Assembly: GCA_016200085.1 (NCBI GenBank)
Contig: JACQFL010000003.1
Span: forward strand, 25,505 to 89,504
Origin: Candidatus Rokuibacteriota bacterium
GTDB taxonomy: Bacteria > Methylomirabilota > Methylomirabilia > Rokubacteriales > CSP1-6
Direction: 5' to 3'
Length of the DNA: 64,000 bases
The position numbers and the translations under genes are program-made. Positions within the stretch are counted from its first letter, which is position 1, and every line of letters begins with the position of its first letter. The notes under the pieces are model-generated. The model was not told the DNA's origin, searched no databases, and worked only from the letters and a program-made list of their open reading frames with translations. Positions 55,334 through 64,000 of the stretch are shown here, one piece after another.

Positions 55334-56160
55334 GCGAGGCGCTCGCGCCCTTCGGCTGGCGCGACGTCGTCGACATCCTCCTGGTCGCCGTCGTCGTCTA
55401 CCGCGTGGCCGCCACCTTCCGAGGCACGCGGACGGTGCAGTTGCTGGTCGGCGTCGCCGCGCTCGTGGTCGCGTCCCTGGCGGCCCGGCGGCTCGAGATG
55501 CGCAGCGTGCAGTGGCTGCTCGACAACTTCTGGTCCTTCTGGGCCGTGGCGCTCATCGTGCTCTTCCAGCCCGAGCTTCGGCGGGCGGTGGAGCGCATCG
55601 GGCAGGGGCGCGTGTTCCACGGCATCCTCGGCGGCTTCCGCGCCGAGCGCGCGCGCGTGGTCGACCACGTCGTCGCCATGACGCAGTCACTCGTGGCCCG
55701 CCGCATCGGCGCGCTGGTGGTGATCGAGCGCTCGGGCGGGCTCCGCCCGTACGCCGACCTGGGCGTGCCGCTGGACGCGCTGGTCTCGGCCGAGCTCCGG
55801 GAAGCCCTGTTCGTGCCGCCCTCGCCGCTCCACGACGGCGCGGTGCTCGTGCGCTGCGCTCGCCTGGCGGCGGCCGGCTGCTTCCTGCCGCTCTCGCGCA
55901 ACGCCGCCGTCGGCCGGCAGCTCGGCAGCCGGCGTCGCGCCGCGCTCGGCATCACGGAGGAAACCGACGCCATCGCCGTCGTCGTCTCCGAGGAGACCGG
56001 CCGCGTCTCGCTCGCAGTCGAGGGCATCATCGAGGCCGTGGCCGATCCGGTCGATCTGTCACGACGGCTCAACGCGCTGATCGGGGGGCCGACGGACGCG
56101 CAGCCCTCCTCATTCTGGAGCGGGGTGCGGCGCACGCTCCGGGCCCCCGACCGCGCCTGA
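55330..56160 (+). CDS. cdaA: Diadenylate cyclase CdaA (DAC/DisA_N domain, 3 N-terminal TM segments)
   Basis: ...DILLVAVVVYRV..., ...PLHDGAVLV (DGA motif) and ...GSRRRAALGITEETDAIAVVVSEETG are present. It forms an ATGA overlap with the folP stop. Confidence 0.85.
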   Translation: MSEALAPFGWRDVVDILLVAVVVYRVAATFRGTRTVQLLVGVAALVVASLAARRLEMRSVQWLLDNFWSFWAVALIVLFQPELRRAVERIGQGRVFHGILGGFRAERARVVDHVVAMTQSLVARRIGALVVIERSGGLRPYADLGVPLDALVSAELREALFVPPSPLHDGAVLVRCARLAAAGCFLPLSRNAAVGRQLGSRRRAALGITEETDAIAVVVSEETGRVSLAVEGIIEAVADPVDLSRRLNALIGGPTDAQPSSFWSGVRRTLRAPDRA

Positions 56161-56837
56161 TGTCGCGGTGGCCGCTCGACAACTGGCACCTGAAGCTGCT
56201 CTCGCTCACCATCGCCGTCGCGCTGTGGGCGTTCGTGGTGAGCAGCGATCGCCGCCAGGTCACGAGGGCCGCGCCGGTGGAGTACGTGGGGGTCGGACCC
56301 AACGTCATCCTCGTCGGGGCGCCGCGCGAGACCGTCGATGTCCAGGTCGAGGTCACCCGGTGGACGGCGGCACGCGTGGGCCCCGGCAGTCTCCGCGCTC
56401 GCGCGAACCTCGCCGGGCTCGGTGAAGGCGAGAGCGTGGTTCAGCTGTCGCCGGCCGACGTGCAGGCCCCCGCCGGGGCGACGGTGGTGCGTGTGGCGCC
56501 GGCGCGGCTGCGCGTCATCCTCGCCGCCGCCGTCGAGCGGACCCTGCCCGTGGTGGCCCGGCTGCGGGGCGCGCCCGCACCGGGCACCACGGTCGACCGC
56601 ATCGTGGTCGATCCCGCCGCTGTCCAGGTCGAGGGGCCCCGGTCTACAATCGAGACGAAGGACGCGGTCGAGACGCTTCCGGTGAACGTGGCCGGGCGGC
56701 GCAGCACCCTGACCCAGTCCGTCGGTCTCGCGCTGCCGGAGTTCGTGTACCCGACGCGCGATCGGAGCGTGCAGGTGATCGTGGAGATCACGCCGGAGGC
56801 GTCGATGGCGGGCAGGCAACAGCGGAGCGGCCGGTGA
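56160..56837 (+). CDS. cdaR: CdaR/YbbR-like regulator of CdaA
   Basis: MSRWPLDNWHLKLLSLTIAVALWAFVV is the TM segment, followed by YbbR-like beta repeats. It sits between cdaA and glmM. Confidence 0.7.
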   Translation: MSRWPLDNWHLKLLSLTIAVALWAFVVSSDRRQVTRAAPVEYVGVGPNVILVGAPRETVDVQVEVTRWTAARVGPGSLRARANLAGLGEGESVVQLSPADVQAPAGATVVRVAPARLRVILAAAVERTLPVVARLRGAPAPGTTVDRIVVDPAAVQVEGPRSTIETKDAVETLPVNVAGRRSTLTQSVGLALPEFVYPTRDRSVQVIVEITPEASMAGRQQRSGR

Positions 56838-58183
56838 GCCGGCTCTTCGGCACGGACGGCATCCGCGGGGTCGCCAACGAGGAGCCGCTCACCCCCGACC
56901 TCGCGTACCGGGTGGGCCGCCAGCTCGTGGCCACCCTGCGCGCCGAGCGCGGCACGGACCGCGTGCGACTGGTCATCGGGCGCGACACGCGGCGCTCGGG
57001 GCCGATGCTCGAGGGCGCGATCACGGCGGGGGCGCTGAGCGCCGGCGCCGACTGCTACGCCGTGGGCGTCATGCCGACGCCGGGGATCGCGCTACTCACC
57101 CGGGCCCTCGGCGGCGACGGCGGGGTCGTGCTCTCGGCGTCCCACAACCCGTTCCCCGACAACGGGATCAAGCTCTTCTCGTCGGAGGGCACGAAGTTCC
57201 CCGACCCCTGGGAGATCGAGATCGAGACGCGGCTGGCCGCGCCCGACGACGCGCTGCGGGCGACCGGCGCCGACATCGGCCGCCTGGTCGCCTACGACCG
57301 CGCGGAGGCCCACTACGTCGATTTCCTCTGCGGCTGCTTTCCGCTCGACCTCTCCGGCTTGACCATCGCGCTGGACTGCGCCAACGGCGCCACCTACCGT
57401 GTGGCGCCCCGCGTCTTCCGCCGCCTCGGCGCGCGGGTGACCACGATCGGCGTGCGGCCGGACGGGACCAACATCAATGCCCATCTGGGCGCTCTCCATC
57501 CCGACGTCCTGCAGCGGACCGTGCTCGCCACCGGGGCGAGCGTGGGCTTCGCGTTCGATGGCGACGGGGACCGGCTGATCTCGGTAGACGGCACGGGCGA
57601 GATCCGCGACGGCGACTACGTGCTCGCCATCGCCGGACGCCACCGGGCCGCGCGCGGCCGACTCAAGGGCAAGGTGGTCGTCACCACGGTGATGGCCAAC
57701 CTCGGGCTCGACGAGGCCCTGCGCCACGACGGCATCGCGATCGTCAAGACCCAGGTGGGTGACCGCTACGTGTACGAGGAGATGCAGCGCCTCGGCGCCA
57801 ACCTGGGCGGCGAGCAGTCGGGGCACGTGCTCTTCCTCGACCACGCGCCCGCCGGCGACGGCATCCTCTCGGCGCTCGCGCTGCTGAGCGTGATGCGCGA
57901 GAGCGGCGAGCCGCTGGAAGCCCTGGCGGCGACGATGCGCAAGTTCCCCCAGGTCCTCGTCAACGTCCCCGTGCGCGCCAAGCCGCCGATCGAGTCGTTG
58001 GCCGGGCTCGCCGAGCGGGTGCGGCGCTTCGACGGCGAGATGAACGGCGGCGGCCGGATCCTCATCCGGTACTCGGGCACGGAGGCCCTGGCCCGCGTGA
58101 TGGTCGAGGGCGGCGACGGCGCGCAGGTGCGTTCCATCGCCGCCGACCTCGCCGGCTTGATCAAGGGCCTGATCGGTTCGTGA
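56834..58183 (+). CDS. glmM: Phosphoglucosamine mutase
   Basis: The sequence runs LFGTDGIRGVANEE...VLSASHNPFPDNGIKLF (active-site Ser), ...FDGDGDRL.. and ...GGEQSGH. Confidence 0.95.
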   Translation: MSRLFGTDGIRGVANEEPLTPDLAYRVGRQLVATLRAERGTDRVRLVIGRDTRRSGPMLEGAITAGALSAGADCYAVGVMPTPGIALLTRALGGDGGVVLSASHNPFPDNGIKLFSSEGTKFPDPWEIEIETRLAAPDDALRATGADIGRLVAYDRAEAHYVDFLCGCFPLDLSGLTIALDCANGATYRVAPRVFRRLGARVTTIGVRPDGTNINAHLGALHPDVLQRTVLATGASVGFAFDGDGDRLISVDGTGEIRDGDYVLAIAGRHRAARGRLKGKVVVTTVMANLGLDEALRHDGIAIVKTQVGDRYVYEEMQRLGANLGGEQSGHVLFLDHAPAGDGILSALALLSVMRESGEPLEALAATMRKFPQVLVNVPVRAKPPIESLAGLAERVRRFDGEMNGGGRILIRYSGTEALARVMVEGGDGAQVRSIAADLAGLIKGLIGS

Positions 58184-58190
58184 GGCCGCG

Positions 58191-58610
58191 GTGATGGCGG
58201 TCAAGGGAATCGGCGTCGACCTGGTGAACATCCCCCGCATGCGCCTGGTGCTGCAGCGCTGGGAGGACCGGTTCGTGCGGCGCGTGTTCACGGAGGGGGA
58301 GATCGCGTACTGCCGGGCGCGGCGCGACCCGGTGCAGCACTTCGCCGCCCGCTTCGCGGCCAAGGAAGCCGGGCTCAAGGCGCTCGGCACCGGCCTGCGC
58401 CTGGGCATCCGCTGGCGGGAGCTCGAGGTCCGCCGCGAGCGCGGCCAGGCGCCGACGCTGATCCTGAGTGGCCGCTGCCGCGAGATCAGCCTCGCGCGTG
58501 GGGGGCGCCGCATGCTGCTCGCGCTCACGCACGACGGCGATTACGCGATGGCGCAGGCCATGCTGGTGGACGACGAGCCGGCCGGCGATGCGGTGGCCAC
58601 GGCTCGCTAG
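58191..58610 (+). CDS. acpS: Holo-[acyl-carrier-protein] synthase
   Basis: GIGVDLVNIPRM..., ...FAARFAAKEAGLKALG... and ...LTHDGDYAMAQAML are present. Confidence 0.85.
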   Translation: MMAVKGIGVDLVNIPRMRLVLQRWEDRFVRRVFTEGEIAYCRARRDPVQHFAARFAAKEAGLKALGTGLRLGIRWRELEVRRERGQAPTLILSGRCREISLARGGRRMLLALTHDGDYAMAQAMLVDDEPAGDAVATAR

Positions 58611-59349
58611 CGTGGCCTCGATCCCGCTGTTCCTCTCCGGCTGCGCCCTCCAGCCGGTCCCCGTCGAGCCCGAGACAGCCCCGCACGGCCACATCAGCAT
58701 CCGATCCGGCACGCCGGGCGTCGTGGTGGCGGCTCCACACGCCACCAGCGATCCCCGGACCGGTGAGATCGCCTCCGCCATCGCCGAGCGGACCGGCTTC
58801 GGTCTCGTCGTGGCCACCGGGTTCTCCCTGGAGCCCGGCGTCAGCGGACGAGCCGCCCGCCGCTTCCAGGTGAACCGGCCCATGGAGGGCATCCCCGGCC
58901 GGCCCCCGTCCGAGGAGGTTGCGACCCAGGCCGCGCGCGACGTCTATCGCGAGTACGAGCGGCGCGTGCGCGAGGCCGCCGGCGGCCCGCTGCGCTTCTA
59001 CGTCGAGATCCACGGCAACGGCCGCCCGGACACCGCGGGGAGGATCGAGATCGCCACCGTGGGCATCGCGAAGGAGTGGGCGGTCCGGTTGCGCGCGCTC
59101 TTCGAGCTGATCCGCGACGCGCATCTTCGCGCCCATCCCGGCGTCGCGCGGCTGGACGTGGTCGTCGAGCCCGCCGATCCCATCTTCTACGCCGCGTCCG
59201 GCGCCAAGCGCGACGGCATCCTGCGCCTGCCCGAGCGCGCGCTCCACGTCGAGCTGCCGCGCGCGGCGCGCCGCGAGTTCAGCGAGACGTACGTGCCGAT
59301 CCTCGCCGAGTTCCTCACCGAGGCCGTGGCGCTCACGCGCCGTCCCTGA
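58588..59349 (+). CDS. Lipoprotein, possibly N-formylglutamate amidohydrolase-like fold
   Basis: Met41 of ORF 58468..59349 starts MRWPRLASVASIPLFLSGC, which carries a lipobox. The motifs ...VVAAPHATSDPRTGEIA... and ...YVEIHGN... loosely recall FGase-family metal-binding motifs. The functional call is weak. Confidence 0.45.
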   Translation: MRWPRLASVASIPLFLSGCALQPVPVEPETAPHGHISIRSGTPGVVVAAPHATSDPRTGEIASAIAERTGFGLVVATGFSLEPGVSGRAARRFQVNRPMEGIPGRPPSEEVATQAARDVYREYERRVREAAGGPLRFYVEIHGNGRPDTAGRIEIATVGIAKEWAVRLRALFELIRDAHLRAHPGVARLDVVVEPADPIFYAASGAKRDGILRLPERALHVELPRAARREFSETYVPILAEFLTEAVALTRRP

Positions 59350-59378
59350 CGTCATGTCGGCGTCAGCGCGCGGGCCGC

Positions 59379-59534
59379 GGGGGCGACGAGGGCGCGTGGC
59401 AGGGGTCACCGGGACCACGCCGCACGCGTCCGCTGCCTCTCTGGCGGCTGGGCTCCATCCGGGCGCGTTGCGCCCGTTGACGCGCGGCGGGGTACGGGTC
59501 CGGTTGACCCCTGCCACGCGCCCTCGTCGCCCCC
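59379..59534 (+). repeat. 156-nt element with 30-nt perfect terminal inverted repeats
   Basis: GGGGGCGACGAGGGCGCGTGGCAGGGGTCA (59379-59408) has its exact reverse complement TGACCCCTGCCACGCGCCCTCGTCGCCCCC at 59505-59534. The stem extends imperfectly inward. Confidence 0.9.
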
Positions 59535-59582
59535 GCTCCCGGTACGAGGGGTCGACATGAGGGCAGGGACGGAGCGGTAGCG

Positions 59583-61148
59583 GTGTTGCCCGTGTTCACG
59601 GCGGAGGAGATGCGGCGCGTCGACGCGCGCGCCATCGGCGATCTCGGCATTCCGGGGGCGACCCTCATGGAGAACGCCGGCAGCGGCGCCGCCGAAGTGA
59701 TCGCTCGATGGCTGAGCGCGCGGCGGGCGGTGCGGGGCGCGCGTGTCGTCGCGGTGTGTGGCAAGGGTGGCAATGGCGGCGACGGCTTCGTGGTGGGCCG
59801 CGTCCTGAAGCGCCTCGGCGCCCGGGTGACGGTCCTCCTCGCGAGCCCGGCGGGCGAGGTGACCGGCGATGCCGGGCTCAAGCTCGCGGCGCTGCGCCGC
59901 GCCGGCGTGCGGGCGGTGGTCGTGGAGGACGACGCCTCGGTGGCGCCGCTGCTGGCCGGCGCCGACGTCGTCCTGGACGCGCTGCTCGGCACCGGGACGA
60001 GCGGCGCGCCGAGAGGTCTGACCTCGCGCCTCATCACGCGCATCAACGACAGCGGCCGCCCGGTCGTGGCCCTCGACATTCCCTCGGGGCTGCCGGCCGA
60101 CGGGGGCGCACCCGCCGGGCCAGCGATCCGCGCGACGCTCACGGTGACGTTCGCCGGCCTCAAGCGGGGTCTGGTGACGCCGCCGGGCACCGACTACGCG
60201 GGCGACGTTCGCGTGATCCCCATTGGTGTGCCCGATGAGGAGATCCGTCGAGGTATGACCACTTTCGTGCTCGAGGCGACGGACGTCGCCCGCCACTTCC
60301 CGCGGCGGGCGCGCGGCGCCCACAAGGGGACGTACGGCCATCTGCTCGTGATCGCCGGCTCGCTCGGCAAGACCGGCGCGGCCGCGCTGGCCGCGGCGGC
60401 GGCGATGCGGAGCGGCGCGGGCCTCTGCACCGTGGCGACGGCGACGAGCCAGCAGCCGGTGGTCGCCGGGCTCGTGGTCGAGGCGATGACCGAGCCGCTC
60501 GCGGAGACGCCGGCGGGCAGCGTCGCGCTGGCCGCCGCGGAGCGGATCGCCGAGCTTGCCGGCGCGCGCGACGCCGTGGCCTGCGGTCCGGGCCTCGGCC
60601 TGTACCCGGACACGCAGGCGCTGGCGCGCGCGCTGACGCGGGACCTCGCGCAGCCGCTGGCGCTCGACGCCGACGCGCTGACGGCGCTCGCCGGACATCT
60701 GGCGACGCTCAAGGACGCCCGCGGGCCGCGCTGCCTGACCCCGCATCCCGGCGAGCTCGCGCGCATGCTCGGCGTCTCGGTCGCCGACGTGGAGCACGAT
60801 CGCATCGCGGCCGCGCGCGACTTCGCCACCGGCCATCGCGTTCACCTCGTGCTCAAGGGCGCCGCGAGCGTGGTGGCGTCGCCCGACGGGCGCGTGCTCA
60901 TCAACCCGACGGGGAACCCGGGCATGGCGAGTGGCGGCACCGGCGACGTGCTCACCGGCATCCTCGGCGCGTTCCTGGCCCGCGGCCTCGACCCCGGCGC
61001 CGCGCTGGCCTCGGCGGTGTACGTCCACGGGCTCGCCGGTGACCGCGCGGCGGCGCGGGTGGGGGAGGAGTCCCTGATCGCTCGCGACGTGATCGAGGCG
61101 CTGCCGGAGGCCTTCGCCGCCCTCGCCGCCGCGCGCGGTCGCGCGTGA
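59583..61148 (+). CDS. nnr: Bifunctional NAD(P)H-hydrate repair enzyme Nnr (epimerase + ADP-dependent dehydratase)
   Basis: The YjeF_N part (...[18 protein letters not shown]..) and the carbohydrate-kinase part (..[22 protein letters not shown].., ..[16 protein letters not shown]) are both present. Confidence 0.9.
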   Translation: MLPVFTAEEMRRVDARAIGDLGIPGATLMENAGSGAAEVIARWLSARRAVRGARVVAVCGKGGNGGDGFVVGRVLKRLGARVTVLLASPAGEVTGDAGLKLAALRRAGVRAVVVEDDASVAPLLAGADVVLDALLGTGTSGAPRGLTSRLITRINDSGRPVVALDIPSGLPADGGAPAGPAIRATLTVTFAGLKRGLVTPPGTDYAGDVRVIPIGVPDEEIRRGMTTFVLEATDVARHFPRRARGAHKGTYGHLLVIAGSLGKTGAAALAAAAAMRSGAGLCTVATATSQQPVVAGLVVEAMTEPLAETPAGSVALAAAERIAELAGARDAVACGPGLGLYPDTQALARALTRDLAQPLALDADALTALAGHLATLKDARGPRCLTPHPGELARMLGVSVADVEHDRIAAARDFATGHRVHLVLKGAASVVASPDGRVLINPTGNPGMASGGTGDVLTGILGAFLARGLDPGAALASAVYVHGLAGDRAAARVGEESLIARDVIEALPEAFAALAAARGRA

Positions 61149-61582
61149 GCCGCGAGCGGAGGATCGCGAGCGGCAGCCCCGAGGAGACCGAGGCCGCGGG
61201 CGAGCGTCTCGCCGGCACGCTCGGCCCGGGCGCCGTCGTCGCCCTCACCGGCGAGCTCGGCGCGGGCAAGACCTGCTTCGTGCAGGGCCTGGCGCGGGGC
61301 CTCGGCGTGACGACTCGCCCCACCAGCCCGACCTTCGTGCTGGTCAACGAGTACCTCGGCCGGTTGCCCGTCCATCACGTCGACCTCTACCGCACGGAGA
61401 GCCTGACCGAGGCCATGGATCTCGGGCTGGCCGAGCTCTTCGACGGCGACGGCGTGACGGTCGTCGAGTGGGCCGACAAGCTGGGGCTGCTGCTGCCGGC
61501 GCGCGCGATCCACGTCCACATCGAGGGCGTGGGCGACGAGCTGCGCGCGATTGCGATCCGGGCTCCGGACGGCCAGCCCTGA
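61145..61582 (+). CDS. tsaE: tRNA t6A37 biosynthesis protein TsaE
   Basis: The P-loop [21 protein letters not shown] is present, with ...[10 protein letters not shown].. and ..HVDLYR. The GTG overlaps the nnr stop. Confidence 0.85.
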   Translation: MSRERRIASGSPEETEAAGERLAGTLGPGAVVALTGELGAGKTCFVQGLARGLGVTTRPTSPTFVLVNEYLGRLPVHHVDLYRTESLTEAMDLGLAELFDGDGVTVVEWADKLGLLLPARAIHVHIEGVGDELRAIAIRAPDGQP

Positions 61583-61657
61583 GTCCCTGACGTCGATCCG
61601 ACACACGTCGACATTTCACGGCATTGACCCGCGCCGCCCCGCGGGTCACAAGAGACC

Positions 61658-62320
61658 ATGCAGCCCCAGAGCGATCGTCCCCGCGAGCGGCTCTACTGGC
61701 AGGGCCCGTCGGCGCTGGCCGACGCCGAGCTGCTCGCGCTGCAACTCGGCTCCGGCGCCCGCGGCAAGAGCGCCACGGATGTCGCGCGCGAGATGCTGGC
61801 GAGCTACGGCTCGCTGGCCGACGTGGCCGGGCGCGAGGCGGCCGAGCTGGCGCACTGGCGGGGCGTGGGTCCCGCCAAGGCCGCGCGGCTGGCCGCCGCC
61901 TTCGAGCTCACGCGCCGCCTGCGCGCGCGGACACCGGGGGCGCGGACGGTGCTGGCCGGCCCCGCCGAGGTGTACGCCGCGTTCGGCCCGCTGATGGAAG
62001 ACCTGCCGCGCGAAGTCTTCCGGATCGCGCTGCTCGATGCCCAGAACGGCCTCCTGCGCGACCGCGTCATCTCGGAAGGCACGCTCTCGGCCAGCCTGGT
62101 CCACCCGCGCGAGGTCTTCAAGCCCGCGATCCTCGAATCCGCGGCCTCGGTGATCCTGCTGCACAACCACCCGAGCGGCGATCCGACCCCGAGCCGCGAG
62201 GACATCCGCCTCACCCGGCAGCTGGTGGAGTGCGCCCACCTGCTCGACCTGCGCATCCACGACCACGTGGTGATCGGGCGGGGCCGGTACGTGAGCCTGG
62301 CCGAGCAGGGTATCATCTAG
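61658..62320 (+). CDS. radC: RadC-family JAB/MPN domain protein
   Basis: ...RPRERL...LSDAELLALQLGSG... and the HhH part are present, along with the JAMM motif HNHPSGDPTPSREDIRLT. Confidence 0.85.
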   Translation: MQPQSDRPRERLYWQGPSALADAELLALQLGSGARGKSATDVAREMLASYGSLADVAGREAAELAHWRGVGPAKAARLAAAFELTRRLRARTPGARTVLAGPAEVYAAFGPLMEDLPREVFRIALLDAQNGLLRDRVISEGTLSASLVHPREVFKPAILESAASVILLHNHPSGDPTPSREDIRLTRQLVECAHLLDLRIHDHVVIGRGRYVSLAEQGII

Positions 62321-62323
62321 GCC

Positions 62324-62767
62324 ATGGCCATCCAGGTCCGCGGCGTCGGGCACGTGGTGCTGAAGGTGAAGAGCCTCGAGCGGGCGGTGGCGTTCTACCG
62401 GGACGTCATCGGGCTCAAGGAAGTCGCCCGCTTCCGCGGCAACATGGCGTTCTTCTCCGCCTCCGGCAACCACCACGACCTGGCGGTGCTGGAGGTTGGC
62501 GAGGGCGCCCCCGTGCCGGCACCCGCCGCGGTGGGCCTCTACCACGTGGCTCTGAAGATCGGCGACAGCCTGCAGGAGCTCCGGGCGGCCAAGAGCCACC
62601 TCGAGGCGCACGGCGTCGAGATCCGCCTGCGCGACCACAAGGTGAGCCAGTCGATCTACCTGACCGACCCCGACGGCAACGGCCTCGAGCTGTTCGTCGA
62701 CGCCGACCCAGCGATCTGGAGGAGCGACCCGACGACGGTCGCGCACTCCGAGCCGCTCGCGCTCTAG
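62324..62767 (+). CDS. VOC (glyoxalase/bleomycin-resistance/extradiol dioxygenase) family protein
   Basis: GVGHVVLKVKSLERAVAFYRDVIGL..., ...HHDLAV..., ...LYHVALK... and ...SIYLTDPDGNGLELF are present. Confidence 0.8.
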   Translation: MAIQVRGVGHVVLKVKSLERAVAFYRDVIGLKEVARFRGNMAFFSASGNHHDLAVLEVGEGAPVPAPAAVGLYHVALKIGDSLQELRAAKSHLEAHGVEIRLRDHKVSQSIYLTDPDGNGLELFVDADPAIWRSDPTTVAHSEPLAL

Positions 62768-62776
62768 TTGAAGCTG

Positions 62777-62799
62777 TGGGGGGCTCAGGGCGCCCCCCA
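62777..62799. terminator. GC hairpin between convergent genes
   Basis: TGGGGGGC-TCAGGGC-GCCCCCCA forms an 8-bp stem and is followed by GACCCCC. The same tail follows the hairpin at 33553. Confidence 0.4.
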
Positions 62800-62811
62800 G
62801 ACCCCCTGGGC

Positions 62812-63132
62812 TCAGCCCTTCGCCAGCTTCTCGATGTCCTTTCGCGAGAGGGTCTGCAGACGCGACAGGAGCGTCTTCACCTTTCGCTCGGACGCGTGAT
62901 CCGCGAGGATCGACTTCTTCGAGCGCGTCCCGTTCACGATGTAGGCGACCCAGTCATCGAGATTGGGGGTGCCGCGCCACGCGACCGTCACACCACTGAG
63001 TCGCATCTTCCGGCGCCCTTCAATCTTCGCGAGCGGCTTTCGGCTGGCCTCCATGAGTCCCGTCCCCTCGACTGCCCGTCGTCGGTCACACCGCACGTCG
63101 CCGTCGTCACTCCGGCCTCGATGCCCGCTCAC
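62812..63132 (-). CDS. Hypothetical small protein in a lower-GC patch
   Basis: The ORF is 106 aa; the likelier start is Met27 (MEASRKPLAKIEG...) or Met43 (MRLSGVTVAWRGTPNLDDWVAYIVNGTRSKKSILADHASERKVKTLLSRLQTLSRKDIEKLAKG). The K/S/L-rich composition is unlike the shadow ORFs. I recognise no family. Confidence 0.45.
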   Translation of the reverse strand: MSGHRGRSDDGDVRCDRRRAVEGTGLMEASRKPLAKIEGRRKMRLSGVTVAWRGTPNLDDWVAYIVNGTRSKKSILADHASERKVKTLLSRLQTLSRKDIEKLAKG

Positions 63133-63322
63133 CTTACGAGCGTGGCGATTTCAGTGTCAAGGTCTCGTTCACCCGCATGAAACGCGCGCGCCGCGCGCGC
63201 TGCATACGCCCGGCCTCGCGGCCATGGGGAAAACACTGCCCCCTGCCGCTCGTGGACGAACAGACCGTCATGTTTTCGTGGCACTGCTCCGGGAGCGCGT
63301 CAGACCGTGCGTTTTTCGTCGC

Positions 63323-63349
63323 TGTGGATATCTGTGGACATGTGGACAA
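63323..63349 (+). promoter_or_regulatory. Cluster of three tandem DnaA-box-like 9-mers
   Basis: TGTGGATAT (63323), TGTGGACAT (63333) and TGTGGACAA (63341) are all in one orientation, and a fourth weaker copy, TGTGAGCAA, follows. TGTGGACAA is the reverse complement of the high-GC consensus TTGTCCACA. Confidence 0.3.
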
Positions 63350-63372
63350 GCTGTGAGCAATTCCCGGCGCCG

Positions 63373-64000
63373 TCAACGGTCCCGCGCGGGGAGGCCCTCG
63401 CGTCGCAGGGCTTCGAGGATACGGCGTGTGAGCATGGGACCGCGCGTGACGAAGCCCGTGAAGTAGCCGACGGCGCGCGCGCCTTCGCGCAGCAGCGTCA
63501 CGGCCTTGTCGGGCGCGTCCACGCCGCCCGTGGCGACGATCTCCAGGGCGTCGCCGAAGCGCCGCCGCGTGCGGCAGAGGTTCTCCAGGGTCGCCGCGAA
63601 GATCTCCGGCCCCGAGAGCCCGCCGAACCCCTGCGACAGCCGCGGCTCGTCGATGCGCCGCGTGTTGCCGTAGTTCACGATGGTCAGGCCGGCCTCCAGC
63701 GCGGCCGGAATGATCTCGCGCTCGTTGACGTCGGCGAAGTCCGGCGAGAGCTTGACGATCACGGGCGGGGAGACCGCAGCCCGCACGGCCTCCAGCATGG
63801 CGCGCAGCTCCTGGGGCCGCGAGCTCCACGCGTAGACGAGCTTCGTGTTCGGCGAGGACACGTTGAGCTCGACCAGGTCGCCGAGGGGCGCCAGGGCGCG
63901 CGCCATCGTCACGTACTCCTCCGCGGAGTCTCCGGCGACGCTGACGATCAGGGGCACGCGGTGGGGCACGCGGGCGATCGCGTCGCGGAAAGCCTCGAGC
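63373..64000 (-). CDS. pyrD: Dihydroorotate dehydrogenase-like protein, partial (N-terminus beyond the window end)
   Basis: ...ELNVSSPNT..., ...VIVKLSPD..., ...GGLSGP... and ...IVATGGV... are present. The reading frame stays open upstream of the listed start to position 63999 (...LEAFRDAIARVPHRVPLIV). Confidence 0.7.
   Translation of the reverse strand, partial: LEAFRDAIARVPHRVPLIVSVAGDSAEEYVTMARALAPLGDLVELNVSSPNTKLVYAWSSRPQELRAMLEAVRAAVSPPVIVKLSPDFADVNEREIIPAALEAGLTIVNYGNTRRIDEPRLSQGFGGLSGPEIFAATLENLCRTRRRFGDALEIVATGGVDAPDKAVTLLREGARAVGYFTGFVTRGPMLTRRILEALRREGLPARDR

Noticed and set aside
63323-63349. The DnaA-box cluster considered as the chromosomal origin (oriC).
   Set aside because: There is no dnaA, dnaN, rpmH or gidA context. 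There is no AT-rich unwinding element with 13-mer-like repeats nearby. There are only 3-4 boxes, all in one orientation. I therefore report it as a regulatory curiosity rather than an origin.

Overview
The window is very GC-rich bacterial chromosomal DNA that is densely coding. GC content was judged by eye and not computed. I saw no rRNA, tRNA, CRISPR array, transposase or integrase. Most long ORFs in the supplied track are Arg/Pro/Gly-rich shadow frames of real genes, and I ignored them.

Supported content, in order:
- 1-10 kb: a metabolic block with a CDP-alcohol phosphatidyltransferase, an OYE flavoenzyme, RidA, an SDR, a CoA-transferase, a nucleoside hydrolase with ribokinase, NagZ, BtpA and an MFS transporter.
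- 10.1-21.7 kb: a complete, tightly coupled 11-gene type II secretion system operon on the minus strand, in the order gspE-F-G-H-I-J-K-L-M-C-D.
- 21.7-29 kb: a ZIP transporter, aroQ, an ECF sigma factor fused to a transmembrane segment and an extracytoplasmic domain, an acyl-CoA carboxyltransferase, GTP-PEPCK and cobS-cobC.
- 30-35.8 kb: a partial peptide-type ABC importer (no ATPase genes), DUF3047, Hsp15 and DUF169.
- 36.4-48.6 kb: a cobalamin salvage and uptake region driven by two cobalamin riboswitches. The first precedes cobU-cobT-cbiA-btuFCD. The second precedes btuB (frameshifted)-cbiZ-tonB-cobQ-cobD.
- 48.9-64 kb: housekeeping genes argS, a SPOR-domain gene, hpt, ftsH, folP, cdaA-cdaR-glmM, acpS, nnr, tsaE, radC, a VOC-family gene and a partial pyrD-like gene.

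I found no clear-cut novel multi-gene system. The observations most worth follow-up are:
1. An unlisted SelW/Rdx-type selenoprotein gene with an in-frame UGA and a SECIS-like hairpin (4601-4828).
2. The membrane-tethered ECF sigma fusion.
3. Several families of intergenic structured repeats. Their arms differ between copies but stay complementary within each copy.
4. A lipobox-bearing, proline-tailed secretin, and pseudopilins with unusually long leader peptides.
5. A frameshift that separates the signal peptide from the TonB box of the riboswitch-controlled btuB.
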